A DNA stretch of 31,816 nucleotides, from IMG/VR virus record IMGVR_UViG_2563366912_000005; one strand, given 5' to 3'. This DNA comes from a virus. Its lineage: Duplodnaviria; Heunggongvirae; Uroviricota; Caudoviricetes. Below the pieces are notes generated by a model. The model did not search any database. It was not told the origin of the DNA and worked only from the letters and a program-made list of their open reading frames with translations. The translations under genes and the position numbers were made by a program. Of this stretch, positions 11,193 to 25,150 are shown piece after piece (the first letter of the stretch is position 1; the number at the start of each line of letters is the position of its first letter).

Positions 11193-11366
11193 TCAAATTA
11201 AATTAATCTTGACATCATAGCTTTCAAGACCCGTCATTTTTTCCCGTGCGGTAAACTGAATACTGGTAACTTCTTTCCCGGTCTTTTTCTTAAGTTCAAT
11301 AATTTTTTTTGTTATATATTCAGAAATATCTGCTTCTGCTTTTGTTTTTAAGTTTTCAATATTCAT
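11193..11366 (-). CDS. gnsB: GnsB-like small protein (57 aa)
   Basis: Hand translation MNIENLKTKAEADISEYITKKIIELKKKTGKEVTSIQFTAREKMTGLESYDVKINLI; below the ORF-track length cutoff; GAGGAA ribosome-binding site. Confidence 0.75.
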   Translation of the reverse strand: MNIENLKTKAEADISEYITKKIIELKKKTGKEVTSIQFTAREKMTGLESYDVKINLI

Positions 11367-11537
11367 CATTTCCTCTTTTAGTCTGTTATGACTTTCCAGT
11401 TACACAGTAAGTCGATTATATGGTGCAAACGTGTAAAAGATAAGATGAAACATCGCAATAATCAACATACGATAGTCTAAATTTTACACAAACAGACAAA
11501 GAGAATTTTCCTGAATTATCAATACAATAGCATCAAA

Positions 11538-11768
11538 TCAACTCAAGAGCCTTATTGCTGCTTCCAGAATTTCTTCTGAAGTAACATGTCGATCCGCGGC
11601 TACATAAATGACTTTATGATCTCCGGTCAGAGATGGAAACCCTGCGGCCATTACAGTAAGGTGTGTTTTTTCGCCATTTGGATATTCACGCATGATGGTG
11701 TTAACTCCAGTCATCGCTGGCACTACCACTGCTGGTTCAGAGTTAAAAAAAACTATGATTTTTTTCAT
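11538..11768 (-). CDS. Small hypothetical protein
   Basis: Start taken at MKKIIVFFNS (ATG at 11768); 76 aa; lies between gnsB and cspI. Confidence 0.4.
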   Translation of the reverse strand: MKKIIVFFNSEPAVVVPAMTGVNTIMREYPNGEKTHLTVMAAGFPSLTGDHKVIYVAADRHVTSEEILEAAIRLLS

Positions 11769-12039
11769 GATGTTACCGTAGTATGTGAGTATCCATCGAA
11801 TAGATACCAAGCAAAAAAGCTCCCGAAGGAGCCTTCATTTTCACTTTTTTAAATCCAACGACAGACGGCTGGCATTTAAGTATTGTGAAATATTATCAAA
11901 TGTAATCATCATTGATTTACAAAAGATACATTTTGCCCCGAAAGGATTCATGTCAGAAACATCAAAAGATGATGTTCTATACTGGGAACCATGACAACAC
12001 GGGCATCTAAAGTGAATATGGTTTGTAATATTGTCTACC

Positions 12040-12252
12040 TCAAAGCGCCACTACATGAACAGCGGCAGGACCTTTAGGTCCGTTCTCAATACCAAATTCA
12101 ACTTCCTGATTCTCAGTTAATGTTTTGAAATCGTTGCTCTGAATTGCTGAGAAATGGACAAACACATCTTTGCTGCCATCTTTCGGCGTGATGAAACCAA
12201 AACCTTTTTCAGGGTTAAACCATTTCACTAAACCAGTCATTTTGTTAGACAT
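12040..12252 (-). CDS. cspI: Cold-shock protein CspI-like
   Basis: [42 protein letters not shown]... cold-shock domain with RNP motifs; long AT-rich 5' leader upstream. Confidence 0.9.
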   Translation of the reverse strand: MSNKMTGLVKWFNPEKGFGFITPKDGSKDVFVHFSAIQSNDFKTLTENQEVEFGIENGPKGPAAVHVVAL

Positions 12253-12614
12253 AATTATTACCTTTTGAAGAAATTAGCCCTTGGGCAGAATGGTCCGAAA
12301 AAAAATATCAGAGAGAAAAACCAACAAGGAAATCTCAAGAGGTACAAATAATAAAATTATAACAATGACTGCTTCAGATAAATTTGTAACAAACCAGAAC
12401 ACCATTAACGCATGATTAACCACCCATAGCAAGGATTACTTTTGTAAAGAAAAACACAGCAATGAAAGAATAGCTTTATTTATTAATAAAACGTGTCATT
12501 CTGATTAAGACCTTTTATCTTACCCTTAAGATTTCAGGAATTTTGGCTCATGGAAGAGTCCTTTTTATTTAAATTTTACATTCCGCGATGTAAATGTTCC
12601 GATTTAATATTACC

Positions 12615-13638
<1,024 letters not shown>

Positions 13639-13642
<4 letters not shown>

Positions 13643-13950
13643 ATATATTTATGATGAGGACGCTCGTGCTTATTGGCAGGATTTTCAATCTTAAAGGAGT
13701 ACTGATGCTGCAGATAAGACTCAACTTTTTCTGACAATTTTTCTGCTACTTCCAGGAAGACTTGCCGGACGCTCCTTCTGGCTGCTGCCTCATAAAACTC
13801 CAGCGCAGCTCCTTCAACACGGTCCATGGCGACATCCAGGTCAAAAATTTCACCGTCAAAGCGTTCCTTGTCCTGTAAGGCTACAGTTACCGTAACTTTA
13901 TTCTCAAAATTACGGACTCCTTTCACAACCAGTTCATAGTCTTGAGTCAT
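13639..13950 (-). CDS. ydfR: YdfR-like protein (DUF1327)
   Basis: 103 aa between holin and endolysin, as in the Qin prophage. Confidence 0.55.
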
Positions 13951-13954
13951 TGGA

Positions 13955-14170
13955 TTACTCTCCTCTCGCAGCCTTACGCCTGTCTTCTTTAATCTTGAAA
14001 TAAAGATTTGTCAGATACGTCAGCAGGCCAAAAACCAGGCTACCCAGCACACCGATTGCAGCCCACTGTGACGGAGTTACTTTATCGAGTAACTGTAATG
14101 CCCAGAAACCAGCATTACCCGCCGATGTGCCATAGGCAACACCTGTTGTTAACTTATCCATTGATTTCAT
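13955..14170 (-). CDS. Class II pinholin, phage-21 S21-like, with dual-start MKSM motif
   Basis: [26 protein letters not shown]...[38 protein letters not shown] (71 aa), near-identical in pattern to S21; GAGG ribosome-binding site. Confidence 0.85.
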   Translation of the reverse strand: MKSMDKLTTGVAYGTSAGNAGFWALQLLDKVTPSQWAAIGVLGSLVFGLLTYLTNLYFKIKEDRRKAARGE

Positions 14171-14390
14171 ATCCTCACCCCGATGTACACGGATGGTGCA
14201 ATATGTTTGAAAAAGATCGGAGTCTACGGGGTAGTTTTGACAGCACACGTTGTTCTCAACGGCGCTAAAGAAACATACACATTAAAAATGTGAGTAATTA
14301 TTTTGAAAGAAAGTCATATATAAAATAATAATACGAGAAATGTTTTCATATTTAGTGTACTGTATACGGCCATTTATACAGGAAAAGCCT

Positions 14391-14561
14391 ATGTCAGAAC
14401 GTAAAGACTCAAAATCACGCCGTAATTATCTCGTTAAATGTTCCTGCCCAAACTGCACCCAAGAGTCAGAACACAGTTTTTCAAGAGTACAAAAAGGTGC
14501 CCTTTTGATCTGCCCTCATTGCAACAAAGTATTCCAGACAAATCTTAAAGCTGTAGCCTGA
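14391..14561 (+). CDS. Small zinc-ribbon protein (CPNC...CPHC)
   Basis: 56 aa from MSERKDSK with AGGAAAAG ribosome-binding site; two CxxC pairs; followed by a hairpin terminator. Confidence 0.4.
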   Translation: MSERKDSKSRRNYLVKCSCPNCTQESEHSFSRVQKGALLICPHCNKVFQTNLKAVA

Positions 14562-14620
14562 TTGATTTTATTAGTAACAAGTATTTTTTATATTTTAATA
14601 ATATATTTAAAGCAGATAAT

Positions 14621-14646
14621 AAAAAACCCGCCTGAGCGGGTTTGAG
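14621..14646. terminator. Bidirectional rho-independent terminator
   Basis: aaaaaa-cccgc-ctga-gcggg-ttt; GC stem flanked by an A-run and a T-run. Confidence 0.55.
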
Positions 14647-14924
14647 ATTGTGGTGCTTTTTGTGGGAGTCATCCACTTACGCACTTTGTTTTGCGATGCC
14701 AGCAGTTAGCTTCTGCTGTGAAACTATTCATGCAGCAAACCTGCACTTCACCACAATGGTTAGCATACTTTTCCTGATTAAGATTTTGCCAAATATGCTA
14801 GCCATTGTTTCATGTATTGGACCTCCTTACTTTTTATTAAAGAGATCCAATATTCACTACTCTGTCCGTATCTCTACTCAGGCATCAGCCTTCTTCGTTA
14901 TCGTATACAGACGAGCGATGAATT

Positions 14925-15140
14925 TTAATCAGTAATGATGACATTTGCTGCTGCAGGACCTTTAGCACCACTCTCTATAGAGAAGGTAACCTTTTGACCT
15001 TCAAATAAGGTTCGATAATTATCATTCTGAATCGCAGAAAAATGCACAAACACATCTTTACTACCATCAACAGGAGAAATAAAGCCGAAACCTTTATCAG
15101 CGTTAAACCATTTTACTAAACCAGTCATTTTATTTGACAT
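14925..15140 (-). CDS. cspB: Cold-shock protein CspB-like
   Basis: [53 protein letters not shown]...; about 300 nt of AT-rich leader upstream. Confidence 0.9.
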   Translation of the reverse strand: MSNKMTGLVKWFNADKGFGFISPVDGSKDVFVHFSAIQNDNYRTLFEGQKVTFSIESGAKGPAAANVIITD

Positions 15141-15438
15141 TCTACATTCCTTAACTTGAGCCTTTCGGCATAAATGGTTTGCATAACAGAAACGACTTCG
15201 TACTTAATTGGAGAGACTCAAAGAAGGAATAAGTGAATAACACCTGAAATGAGAACTGCTTTAGTAAACTACTTCGTATATCGTCTGTTCTTCAAACCGA
15301 CGCAGTCATTAACTCATAGTTGAACATATGAAGCAATGTTTATTTTAGACATCCAGCCACCTTCAATCCTATCAAAAAAGTAGTTTTCTCCAGGAACGTG
15401 TGTATGGTGCACCAGGTTATCAGTATTAAGGAGTTTTT

Positions 15439-15655
15439 CTGTCCCCTAAAATGACAGGAATTGTCAAAAACTTTGACTACAAAAGCAGCAAAGGTCTTAT
15501 ATTCCCATCCGATGGCGTATCGATGCCCAGCTTCACGTTTCAGCTCTCAATCTTCGAGATGCAGAAGAAATTACCACAGGATTACGCGTGGAATTTTGCT
15601 GGATAAATGGTTCGCGTGGACCTTCAACTGCCAATGTTTATCCCGGGATGAGATT
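15439..15655 (+). pseudogene. cspF: cspF-like cold-shock gene, decayed: frameshift and lost start and stop
   Basis: Frame A reads [22 protein letters not shown], then homology continues in the +1 frame ([40 protein letters not shown]); consistent with a 1-nt deletion near 15520; expected upstream ATG reads CTG. Confidence 0.6.
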
Positions 15656-15684
15656 CAATATCTCTATTGCCCCATTTAAAGCAC

Positions 15685-15720
15685 AAAAACCCGCTTATAA
15701 GCGGGTTTTCTACTTTTTTC
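15685..15720. terminator. Bidirectional hairpin terminator; on the minus strand the candidate late terminator (tR'-like)
   Basis: aaaaa-cccgc-ttataa-gcggg-tttt; on the minus strand it lies about 50 nt downstream of the predicted late promoter. Confidence 0.55.
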
Positions 15721-15755
15721 TAAACGTCGGATACACAAAGCCCATCGTTGAGAAA

Positions 15756-15784
15756 ATCTTATCCATGTTTTTTGAAAAATGCAA
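15756..15784 (-). promoter_or_regulatory. Candidate late promoter (pR'-like), directly downstream of Q
   Basis: Minus strand TTGCAT, 17-nt spacer, TAAGAT; location matches lambda pR' relative to Q. Confidence 0.45.
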
Positions 15785-15815
15785 ACATCATGTCGCCATC
15801 TTCAGCAAAAATCAT

Positions 15816-16568
15816 TTATCTCGTCACCTTCCTCAATTGCGCTTCCGCGTATGCTTCTTCCTGCCAGCACTTTGTTACCAGTTTACCAATGACGTCCGCA
15901 TACCCCTTATACCACTGATAATCGGTCAGGTCTGGTACCAGCTTCTGGACATGACGTCGTGCCAGCGTGGTCGGTAAACGACTAAACCGGTTTCCATTAC
16001 AACGCCCACAAATCTTATATACCGGTACGCCATGAAACCGGGTTCTTTTTTCATCCAGAACAATCCCTTTACCCTTACACCCTCTGCACGCTGTGCTGAC
16101 TTCGCCCTTACCATGGCAATGCTGACATAGTTCCTTCACCCATTCTTCCTTGATTACAGATTCCCCGCGTCTGTAGTGTTTCACCACTTCGCGCAATACA
16201 TTATAAAATCCCGTACCTGAACAATGCTCACAGCGAGCCTTACTTGCCGCAGACCTGGAGTAATCAGCAAAGGCAAAATTCACGAGGTAAGGAATAATCT
16301 GTAACCGGATTTCTTCACTCAATTTGTTCAATGTCGGGTTATCCAGTGCCATCGCGTAATTTAGCAGGCCTTCAATCGCAAACTGAGCGTCCTGAACACC
16401 AACTTTTGCCAGAAATAAGGCCAACCCAAGTGGTGCTTTCGACTGCACCATCCCCTGCGCTGCCATTACATCCGTAATTGTTAAACAACCGGTGCCTGTC
16501 GCTGGAGCGTCATCGCTCAATTTTGGAGATTTTGGGGAGTAATATTTTGGTAAGGCTTCAAGGTTCAT
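15816..16568 (-). CDS. Late-gene antiterminator Q-like protein
   Basis: 250 aa from [12 protein letters not shown] with GGAG ribosome-binding site; Cys-rich zinc-binding region ([30 protein letters not shown]). Confidence 0.75.
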   Translation of the reverse strand: MNLEALPKYYSPKSPKLSDDAPATGTGCLTITDVMAAQGMVQSKAPLGLALFLAKVGVQDAQFAIEGLLNYAMALDNPTLNKLSEEIRLQIIPYLVNFAFADYSRSAASKARCEHCSGTGFYNVLREVVKHYRRGESVIKEEWVKELCQHCHGKGEVSTACRGCKGKGIVLDEKRTRFHGVPVYKICGRCNGNRFSRLPTTLARRHVQKLVPDLTDYQWYKGYADVIGKLVTKCWQEEAYAEAQLRKVTR

Positions 16569-16581
16569 GCTCGTTCTCCAC

Positions 16582-17508
16582 TTACGCCAGTACGCCAATT
16601 GCCAGCGCGCGATCGATAAAACGAAATATCAGCTCCAGTTGGGAGCCATACTTCTCTTCAAATGCCACTGTATCCGTATGCAGCTCGTTGTGATGCTTTC
16701 TGCACAAAGGCAACACAAAGAGATCATGTGCTTTTGTTCCCATTCCGCCCTGCCCGTGACCAATCAGATGATGCGGATCGTCGGCTGGCATACCGCAGCA
16801 AGCACACGGCTGTGTCTTAACCCAACGTGTGTATTTCTCCTTAACCCAGCGGCGACGTTTAGGCAGCTTCATGAAAGATTCCGGAGACTCTGGATCAACG
16901 GTGATGCTTACCACCGTCTTTTCCTGTGGTGTTTTTTGTTGCTGGTGGGCGTAAGGCAACGGTGCAAGATTTTTTGTGCGTTGTTTCAATATGCTGGTGG
17001 CGGTCTGCTCTCCCGGTACGATGTCGCTTTCGCGGTACACCGAGCAGATTTTTTCCGCTGGTAATCCCAGCGAACGACGCGATACAGCCTCAGGTAGTGC
17101 ATCCACCACCTGATTGCAGACCGCCCACCAGGATAATTCAGCCAAAGATAATTCCCGCTCCTGCGTACCGCTTATTGCGTGACGGATGACGTCAATCACC
17201 CATGCTGTCAGATTTTGTTGAGCAAGCAGCTCCAGTGATTCCGATGTCTGGTCACGCAGTTGGTTGTCGCAGTGCCAACACAACACCATTGCGCCGGTAC
17301 CATAACGGTGAATGACTGTTTCAGAGTGATGGTAATCGCCATTAGGCCACTGGCAGGATGTAACATGACGTAATAGCCAGTCAGACAATGCGCCAACACC
17401 GCCAGCAGCACGAATCACCCGTTCGTTACTAAAAAACGGCAGCAATGTTTTGTCTTCCGCCAGCGACTGGCGAACGGCAGGAACGACTCCGGATGGCAGA
17501 TTACGCAT
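16582..17508 (-). CDS. ydfU: DUF968-family protein (YdfU-like) with C-terminal HNH-like Cys/His motif
   Basis: C-terminus CACCGMPADDPHHLIGHGQGG...CRKHHNELH; start set at MRNLPSGV (308 aa); a GTG at 17670 would overlap the upstream gene. Confidence 0.55.
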   Translation of the reverse strand: MRNLPSGVVPAVRQSLAEDKTLLPFFSNERVIRAAGGVGALSDWLLRHVTSCQWPNGDYHHSETVIHRYGTGAMVLCWHCDNQLRDQTSESLELLAQQNLTAWVIDVIRHAISGTQERELSLAELSWWAVCNQVVDALPEAVSRRSLGLPAEKICSVYRESDIVPGEQTATSILKQRTKNLAPLPYAHQQQKTPQEKTVVSITVDPESPESFMKLPKRRRWVKEKYTRWVKTQPCACCGMPADDPHHLIGHGQGGMGTKAHDLFVLPLCRKHHNELHTDTVAFEEKYGSQLELIFRFIDRALAIGVLA

Positions 17509-17632
17509 GCTTTTTGGTTCCGGTTCCACCAGCACTCGAGGATTATGAAATATCTGTATGGATTCACGGCCCGGCTTAAGGACCACCAGCCCAAGCTCAG
17601 GCACCAGAACAGGTCTAAGTAATACCCGCACG

Positions 17633-17911
17633 TTACCTCCAGATCCGTTGCTGGAAAGTGCGGGACGCACGTGGTGGGCGTTCGGAGTAAGGCAATCTGA
17701 CTGAGATTATCCAGTGACGGTAGTCGAGGCTAAGGGCTTTCTTAACCTCGTATCCGCGCCTGCGGTAACACTGAATTATCCATTCAGCCTGCTCTTCAGT
17801 GCATGGAGGGTGTTGGAACCATTCAGACTTGAATGCGTGAGAATACCGCTCGTGCGTGCAGACAAGAACGGGCGAATTATCAGAATTGTAATATTTTACG
17901 TTGCGTGCCAT
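17633..17911 (-). CDS. Small prophage protein at the position of rem in Qin
   Basis: 92-aa ORF MARNVKYYNSDNSPVLVCTHERY...; assigned by position only. Confidence 0.45.
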   Translation of the reverse strand: MARNVKYYNSDNSPVLVCTHERYSHAFKSEWFQHPPCTEEQAEWIIQCYRRRGYEVKKALSLDYRHWIISVRLPYSERPPRASRTFQQRIWR

Positions 17912-17977
17912 CGGTTTTCTCCGGTGGCACGGTGTTACTCAGCGGGAGTTCAGCCCCGCGCAAGATTGTAGATGAGT

Positions 17978-18229
17978 TTATTCTTCTGCAAAAGCTAAAA
18001 AGCCTGCTTTTATTCCGATCTCTTTCAGTGCCTGTAATGAAGTGACAAACTCACCTTCGCGCAAGATAAATCCGTCTGTCACTCGACCATCCACAAAATT
18101 AATTAACGCAGCCCCATTCTTTCGCAAACACATAATGCGGTAATGACTAACAAGATTTCCATTTTCAACGCACACAGCATAGAGGCCATCTTCACAAAAA
18201 ATTTTACGCAATTCTTCGATGTTCATCAT
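17978..18229 (-). CDS. Hypothetical 83-aa protein
   Basis: Intact ORF between the rem-position gene and the hokD terminator; no family recognised. Confidence 0.4.
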   Translation of the reverse strand: MMNIEELRKIFCEDGLYAVCVENGNLVSHYRIMCLRKNGAALINFVDGRVTDGFILREGEFVTSLQALKEIGIKAGFLAFAEE

Positions 18230-18344
18230 CAGAATCCTTCCGGATAATTAGCTCTCCCCTTTAAGGGACCATCCCTCTTATCCCTGCGCGCTACTTAAGT
18301 ATTTTTGATTCTATTCCGGCACCGTCCAGAACTTCAAACGCGTT

Positions 18345-18378
18345 GAAAATAAAAACAAAAACCCGCCGAAGCGGGTTA
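18345..18378 (-). terminator. Rho-independent terminator of the hok transcript
   Basis: Minus strand aacccgc-ttcg-gcgggtt followed by tttgtttttatttt. Confidence 0.55.
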
Positions 18379-18445
18379 AGTGCGGGTGCGTTGAGGATGC
18401 CTGCCACATCAGAGGTGGCGAGGGATTTCTCCCTCGCCGGGTTTC

Positions 18446-18601
18446 TTACTCCTCAGGTTCGTAAGCTGTGAAGACAGCGACCTCCGTCTGGCCGGTTCGG
18501 ATTCGTACCTCGCAGAGGTCTTTCCTCGTTACCAGTGCCGTCACTATGACGGTTAAACAGATGACGATCAGGGCGATTAACATCGCCTTTTGCTGCTTCA
18601 T
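18446..18601 (-). CDS. hokD: Hok/Gef-family type I toxin, HokD-like
   Basis: MKQQKAMLIALIVICLTVIVTALVTRKDLCEVRIRTGQTEVAVFTAYEPEE (51 aa), a single transmembrane helix plus conserved Hok periplasmic tail; hairpins flank the gene. Confidence 0.85.
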   Translation of the reverse strand: MKQQKAMLIALIVICLTVIVTALVTRKDLCEVRIRTGQTEVAVFTAYEPEE

Positions 18602-19275
18602 AGCCTGCTTCTCCTTGCCTTTCGGCACGTAAGAGGCTAACCTACATATGTCTAGCATGAAATTGGCCTCAGATTAATGTTAAGCGTCTTGCAGGACGCG
18701 TAATGTTAACTGGGGCTTTTCTCTATCTGCCGTTGGTGTTCATGCCCGAGGCAGATAGCCTCAAGCACCCGCAGCCATTCTACTTAACTACCGTTACCTC
18801 GCCAATGTGAAATCAGTCAGAAAGGCGATCCATAAGAACAATAGCAAGACAATAAATCGCCATTACAGCCGTAATAGCCAGCGCACATTTGAGAACCAGC
18901 ACCACAACCTCCTGTATTGGACGTAGACCAGTCCTGATGAATATGAGGCTGTCTCGTCAGTGATTCAATACAACTATTGGGTATAGTTTCTCTGATTTTT
19001 TCTGTGGAAATGGGGCACAACCACTAGTCACCACCAGCACTTCTTTTAATACGCAAAGTCCGACACAAGCTAACCTTCTAGTCCGCTTTGAGCGAAAAAC
19101 AGCCATAATTTAGTGCCACGTATATAATGATAGAGCTATTCAAGCTAGCAATTCACATGTAAAAATTCAGAGGGTAGAAGCACATAGTTATAAATGTTGG
19201 CTCCATCGACAAATTGCGGTCTCAAGTACATTTATTAATGTTGCCCCCGCATTAACAAATCATCAAGGTGACGAC

Positions 19276-22876
<3,601 letters not shown>

Positions 22877-23022
22877 AACTAGCTCACGGATATGTGCCTG
22901 CCGGTTACTACAATCAACCTCCCTGCATTTTTGCATGGTGGCTTGTATTGCACATTCTAATGAACCCTACGGCGAGATACTGGCAAGCCACTTATGGCCA
23001 AGAGAGTGAGGCTCAGACTTAA
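22877..23022 (+). other. Orphaned 3' end of the IS-interrupted cargo gene (48 codons plus stop)
   Basis: After removing the IS and one copy of AAATC the reading frame of 19276.. continues in frame (QLAHGYVPAGYYNQPPCIFAWW...) to TAA at 23020..23022. Confidence 0.6.
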
Positions 23023-23240
23023 AGTGAATAAGTTTACGAAGTTGGCACTTCCGGATGCATGTCCATATGAGTTGAGGCGATTTGGTTAATAAGGTTGAGT
23101 GCTGCTGAAATTATTCGATGTCCGCTTTTGGCACAAAGCGGACAACCACGCCAGATCTACCCTGTGCCATGAAAAATGAGAATGTCAATTCACTCCTGAA
23201 CTAATGCTTTTTAATCTAGTAACGTCTAAAATACCTAACA

Positions 23241-23642
23241 TTATCCCTGATAAAATGCCAGTATGCGCTGCATAACTTCACTCATCCGGCACTCGCGACA
23301 GATTATGTTTAGGCGACTGTCGTAGCGACGTATTTCTCCATCAGGTAACGACCAGATAACGTCCGGATCAACCACAGCTGTTTTCTTCACCTTTGCCCTC
23401 GAGAGTTTTTTGCGGGCGTTTTGCCAGTCCTTACGCGCCTGTTCAGACGGGAATAACCCGTAGCCGGAGTTGTATACATCGCCACTGGCTACCAGCTCTC
23501 TGGCAAGAACGCTCATCAGATATCTAGTCGCACCTGTTTTAGCTTCCAGTTGCCGTAACGTCTCACGACCGCTCTGGCGCACGAGTTCCACCACCTGCCC
23601 TTTAATTTTTTCCCGCTCTTCTTGTGTAAAAACTTTTGCCAC
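23241..23642 (-). CDS. Hypothetical protein downstream of the replication initiator
   Basis: 133-aa ORF in the position occupied by P in lambda, but too short to be a P or DnaC analogue. Confidence 0.45.
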   Translation of the reverse strand: MAKVFTQEEREKIKGQVVELVRQSGRETLRQLEAKTGATRYLMSVLARELVASGDVYNSGYGLFPSEQARKDWQNARKKLSRAKVKKTAVVDPDVIWSLPDGEIRRYDSRLNIICRECRMSEVMQRILAFYQG

Positions 23643-23682
23643 AAGTCCCCCTTAAAATTACCTCATGACCTGAAATCAAAAC

Positions 23683-24648
23683 TTATCCTCTGAAACCAGG
23701 CGGAATTTCTGTATCCGGTTCAGAAATATGATTAACACAACGCTGTACAGGTGAACGCCCCAGGCGGATGACCAGTTCGTCCCATTTTTCGCGGAGCTTT
23801 GACGGGCTCATGATGTTTTTTACCCAGAATGGATCCCGCTGTACCCGACCAAACATTTCACAAATTTGTCTGTGGCTTCTGCCATCCAGCATCCGCATTG
23901 TGCGCACATCATTGGCCCAGACAGTCCAGTTAGGCTCTTTTGGTCGCATGATCTCGCCATCATCACTGGCGGCCTGTTCGTAGAGACCCACGATCCGCCC
24001 CCATATCCACTGCGCACACGCCAGATCCTCCTGGCTACCCCACTGGCGTTTTTTCGCACTAAACACAACTGCGCCAGGGTGCCGGATTAAAAAATCCTGT
24101 TCAGCCGTCTGCGGGTCCGGTTGCGAAGCTTCCGGACGAAAAGTGTTTTTATTCTCTGTAGTAATCTCTGTTGTATTCTCTGTAGGATCATCGGGCCATT
24201 TTGACCCGATGACATTGGGTCGTTTTGAACCAATGGAGCGTTTCATTTTGACCTCTTCCATCGTGTCATTTTGACCTGATGGAGCGGCGCATTTTGAACC
24301 GATGGATTCGCTCAATTTGCCATCATCTAAAAGCTCGCTCCCATAGTTAATCGTGTAGAAATTGGTCATATCGCGCTTTGATTTATTGAGCTTTTCACAA
24401 CGCAAAAGCCCCAGCGTTTTCAGACTTGCAAACGCGCGCTTTAACGTTGACTCTGACCAGAATGGGAACTGTTCCAACCATTGTTCCGTTGTGTTGTAAA
24501 TCCAGCGAACACCATCACATTCCATGCCGGAATTGGTATCTCTCAACCAGTAATGCAACTGCTGCAACACAATGGCTTCATTTAAGCCAATCTTCAGCGC
24601 AAGCTGTGTGTTTATAACCAGTGGGCGTTCAGCAAAAAGAAGGCTCAT
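23683..24648 (-). CDS. Replication initiator (lambda O-like) with origin iterons inside the gene
   Basis: N-terminal winged-helix-like region (LALKIGLNEAIVLQQLHYWL); central repeated IGSK motifs encoded by DNA iterons; start set at ATG 24648 because the track ORF begins with TTG. Confidence 0.7.
   Translation of the reverse strand: MSLLFAERPLVINTQLALKIGLNEAIVLQQLHYWLRDTNSGMECDGVRWIYNTTEQWLEQFPFWSESTLKRAFASLKTLGLLRCEKLNKSKRDMTNFYTINYGSELLDDGKLSESIGSKCAAPSGQNDTMEEVKMKRSIGSKRPNVIGSKWPDDPTENTTEITTENKNTFRPEASQPDPQTAEQDFLIRHPGAVVFSAKKRQWGSQEDLACAQWIWGRIVGLYEQAASDDGEIMRPKEPNWTVWANDVRTMRMLDGRSHRQICEMFGRVQRDPFWVKNIMSPSKLREKWDELVIRLGRSPVQRCVNHISEPDTEIPPGFRG
24189..24316. repeat. Replication origin iterons, five to six copies at about 23-bp spacing
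   Basis: Repeated TTTTGA(C/A)C..GATGG units at about 24200, 24223, 24247, 24270 and 24292, with an AT-rich TCTCTGT-repeat stretch adjacent (24130..24185). Confidence 0.6.
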
Positions 24649-25150
24649 AATTCCATCCAGCTTTTTGTTGGTATTGCTGTCGATACGCAAGTTTGAAAGC
24701 AATTGCTTTTTCTATAAGTTCGTCAGTTTCACGATCCACTACGGCAGGATCAGCAAAAAGCAGTCCGGACTCCACCACATCGCCATATTCTTTGTTTAAC
24801 CCGGCGATCATGTACGTGATGCTTTTTCCGTCACTAATTTCACGATACAACCTGAAATCATTAATCCGGATAGCCTCCATAATTGCAGGCACTAGCGCCG
24901 TGAACTTTTCACGCTTATCCCTGGTGTCGATAGCCTTCCAGCGTTCGAATATCTTCACTCGATTAACGCCAAGCGCTCGCTGATCAACCGCGCCACCTTC
25001 ATCTGTGACACGCTGAACATCGATGTTCGGGCGCTCTTTCAAAGCCCAGAATGCTTCAGTGATTAATATCGTCGCCTGCTCCTGTGTCATTCCTGGTCGA
25101 CATATCCAGGCATCCAGAGCCTCACGAGCCTGTTCAGGAGTGATTTTCAT
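24629..25150 (-). CDS. Hypothetical protein between the Cro-like gene and the replication initiator
   Basis: 173-aa ORF in the position of lambda cII; no cII similarity seen. Confidence 0.45.
   Translation of the reverse strand: MKITPEQAREALDAWICRPGMTQEQATILITEAFWALKERPNIDVQRVTDEGGAVDQRALGVNRVKIFERWKAIDTRDKREKFTALVPAIMEAIRINDFRLYREISDGKSITYMIAGLNKEYGDVVESGLLFADPAVVDRETDELIEKAIAFKLAYRQQYQQKAGWNYEPSFC

Noticed and set aside
14642-14935. 97-aa plus-strand ORF downstream of cspB
   Set aside because: Lies in the AT-rich cspB 3' region right after a terminator, with no ribosome-binding site; more likely untranslated.
15461-15679. 72-aa ORF starting with TTG
   Set aside because: It is the out-of-frame continuation created by the cspF frameshift, not an independent gene.
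18817-19020. 67-aa Cys/Gly-rich minus-strand ORF
   Set aside because: Low-complexity frame with no ribosome-binding site; a different frame at the same locus (the 29-codon hydrophobic peptide) is the more plausible product and is reported as a finding.
24189-24316. Short direct repeats that could be taken for a small CRISPR array
   Set aside because: The repeats are about 23 bp apart with no distinct spacers, lie inside a coding region and have an adjacent AT-rich tract; they are replication-origin iterons.
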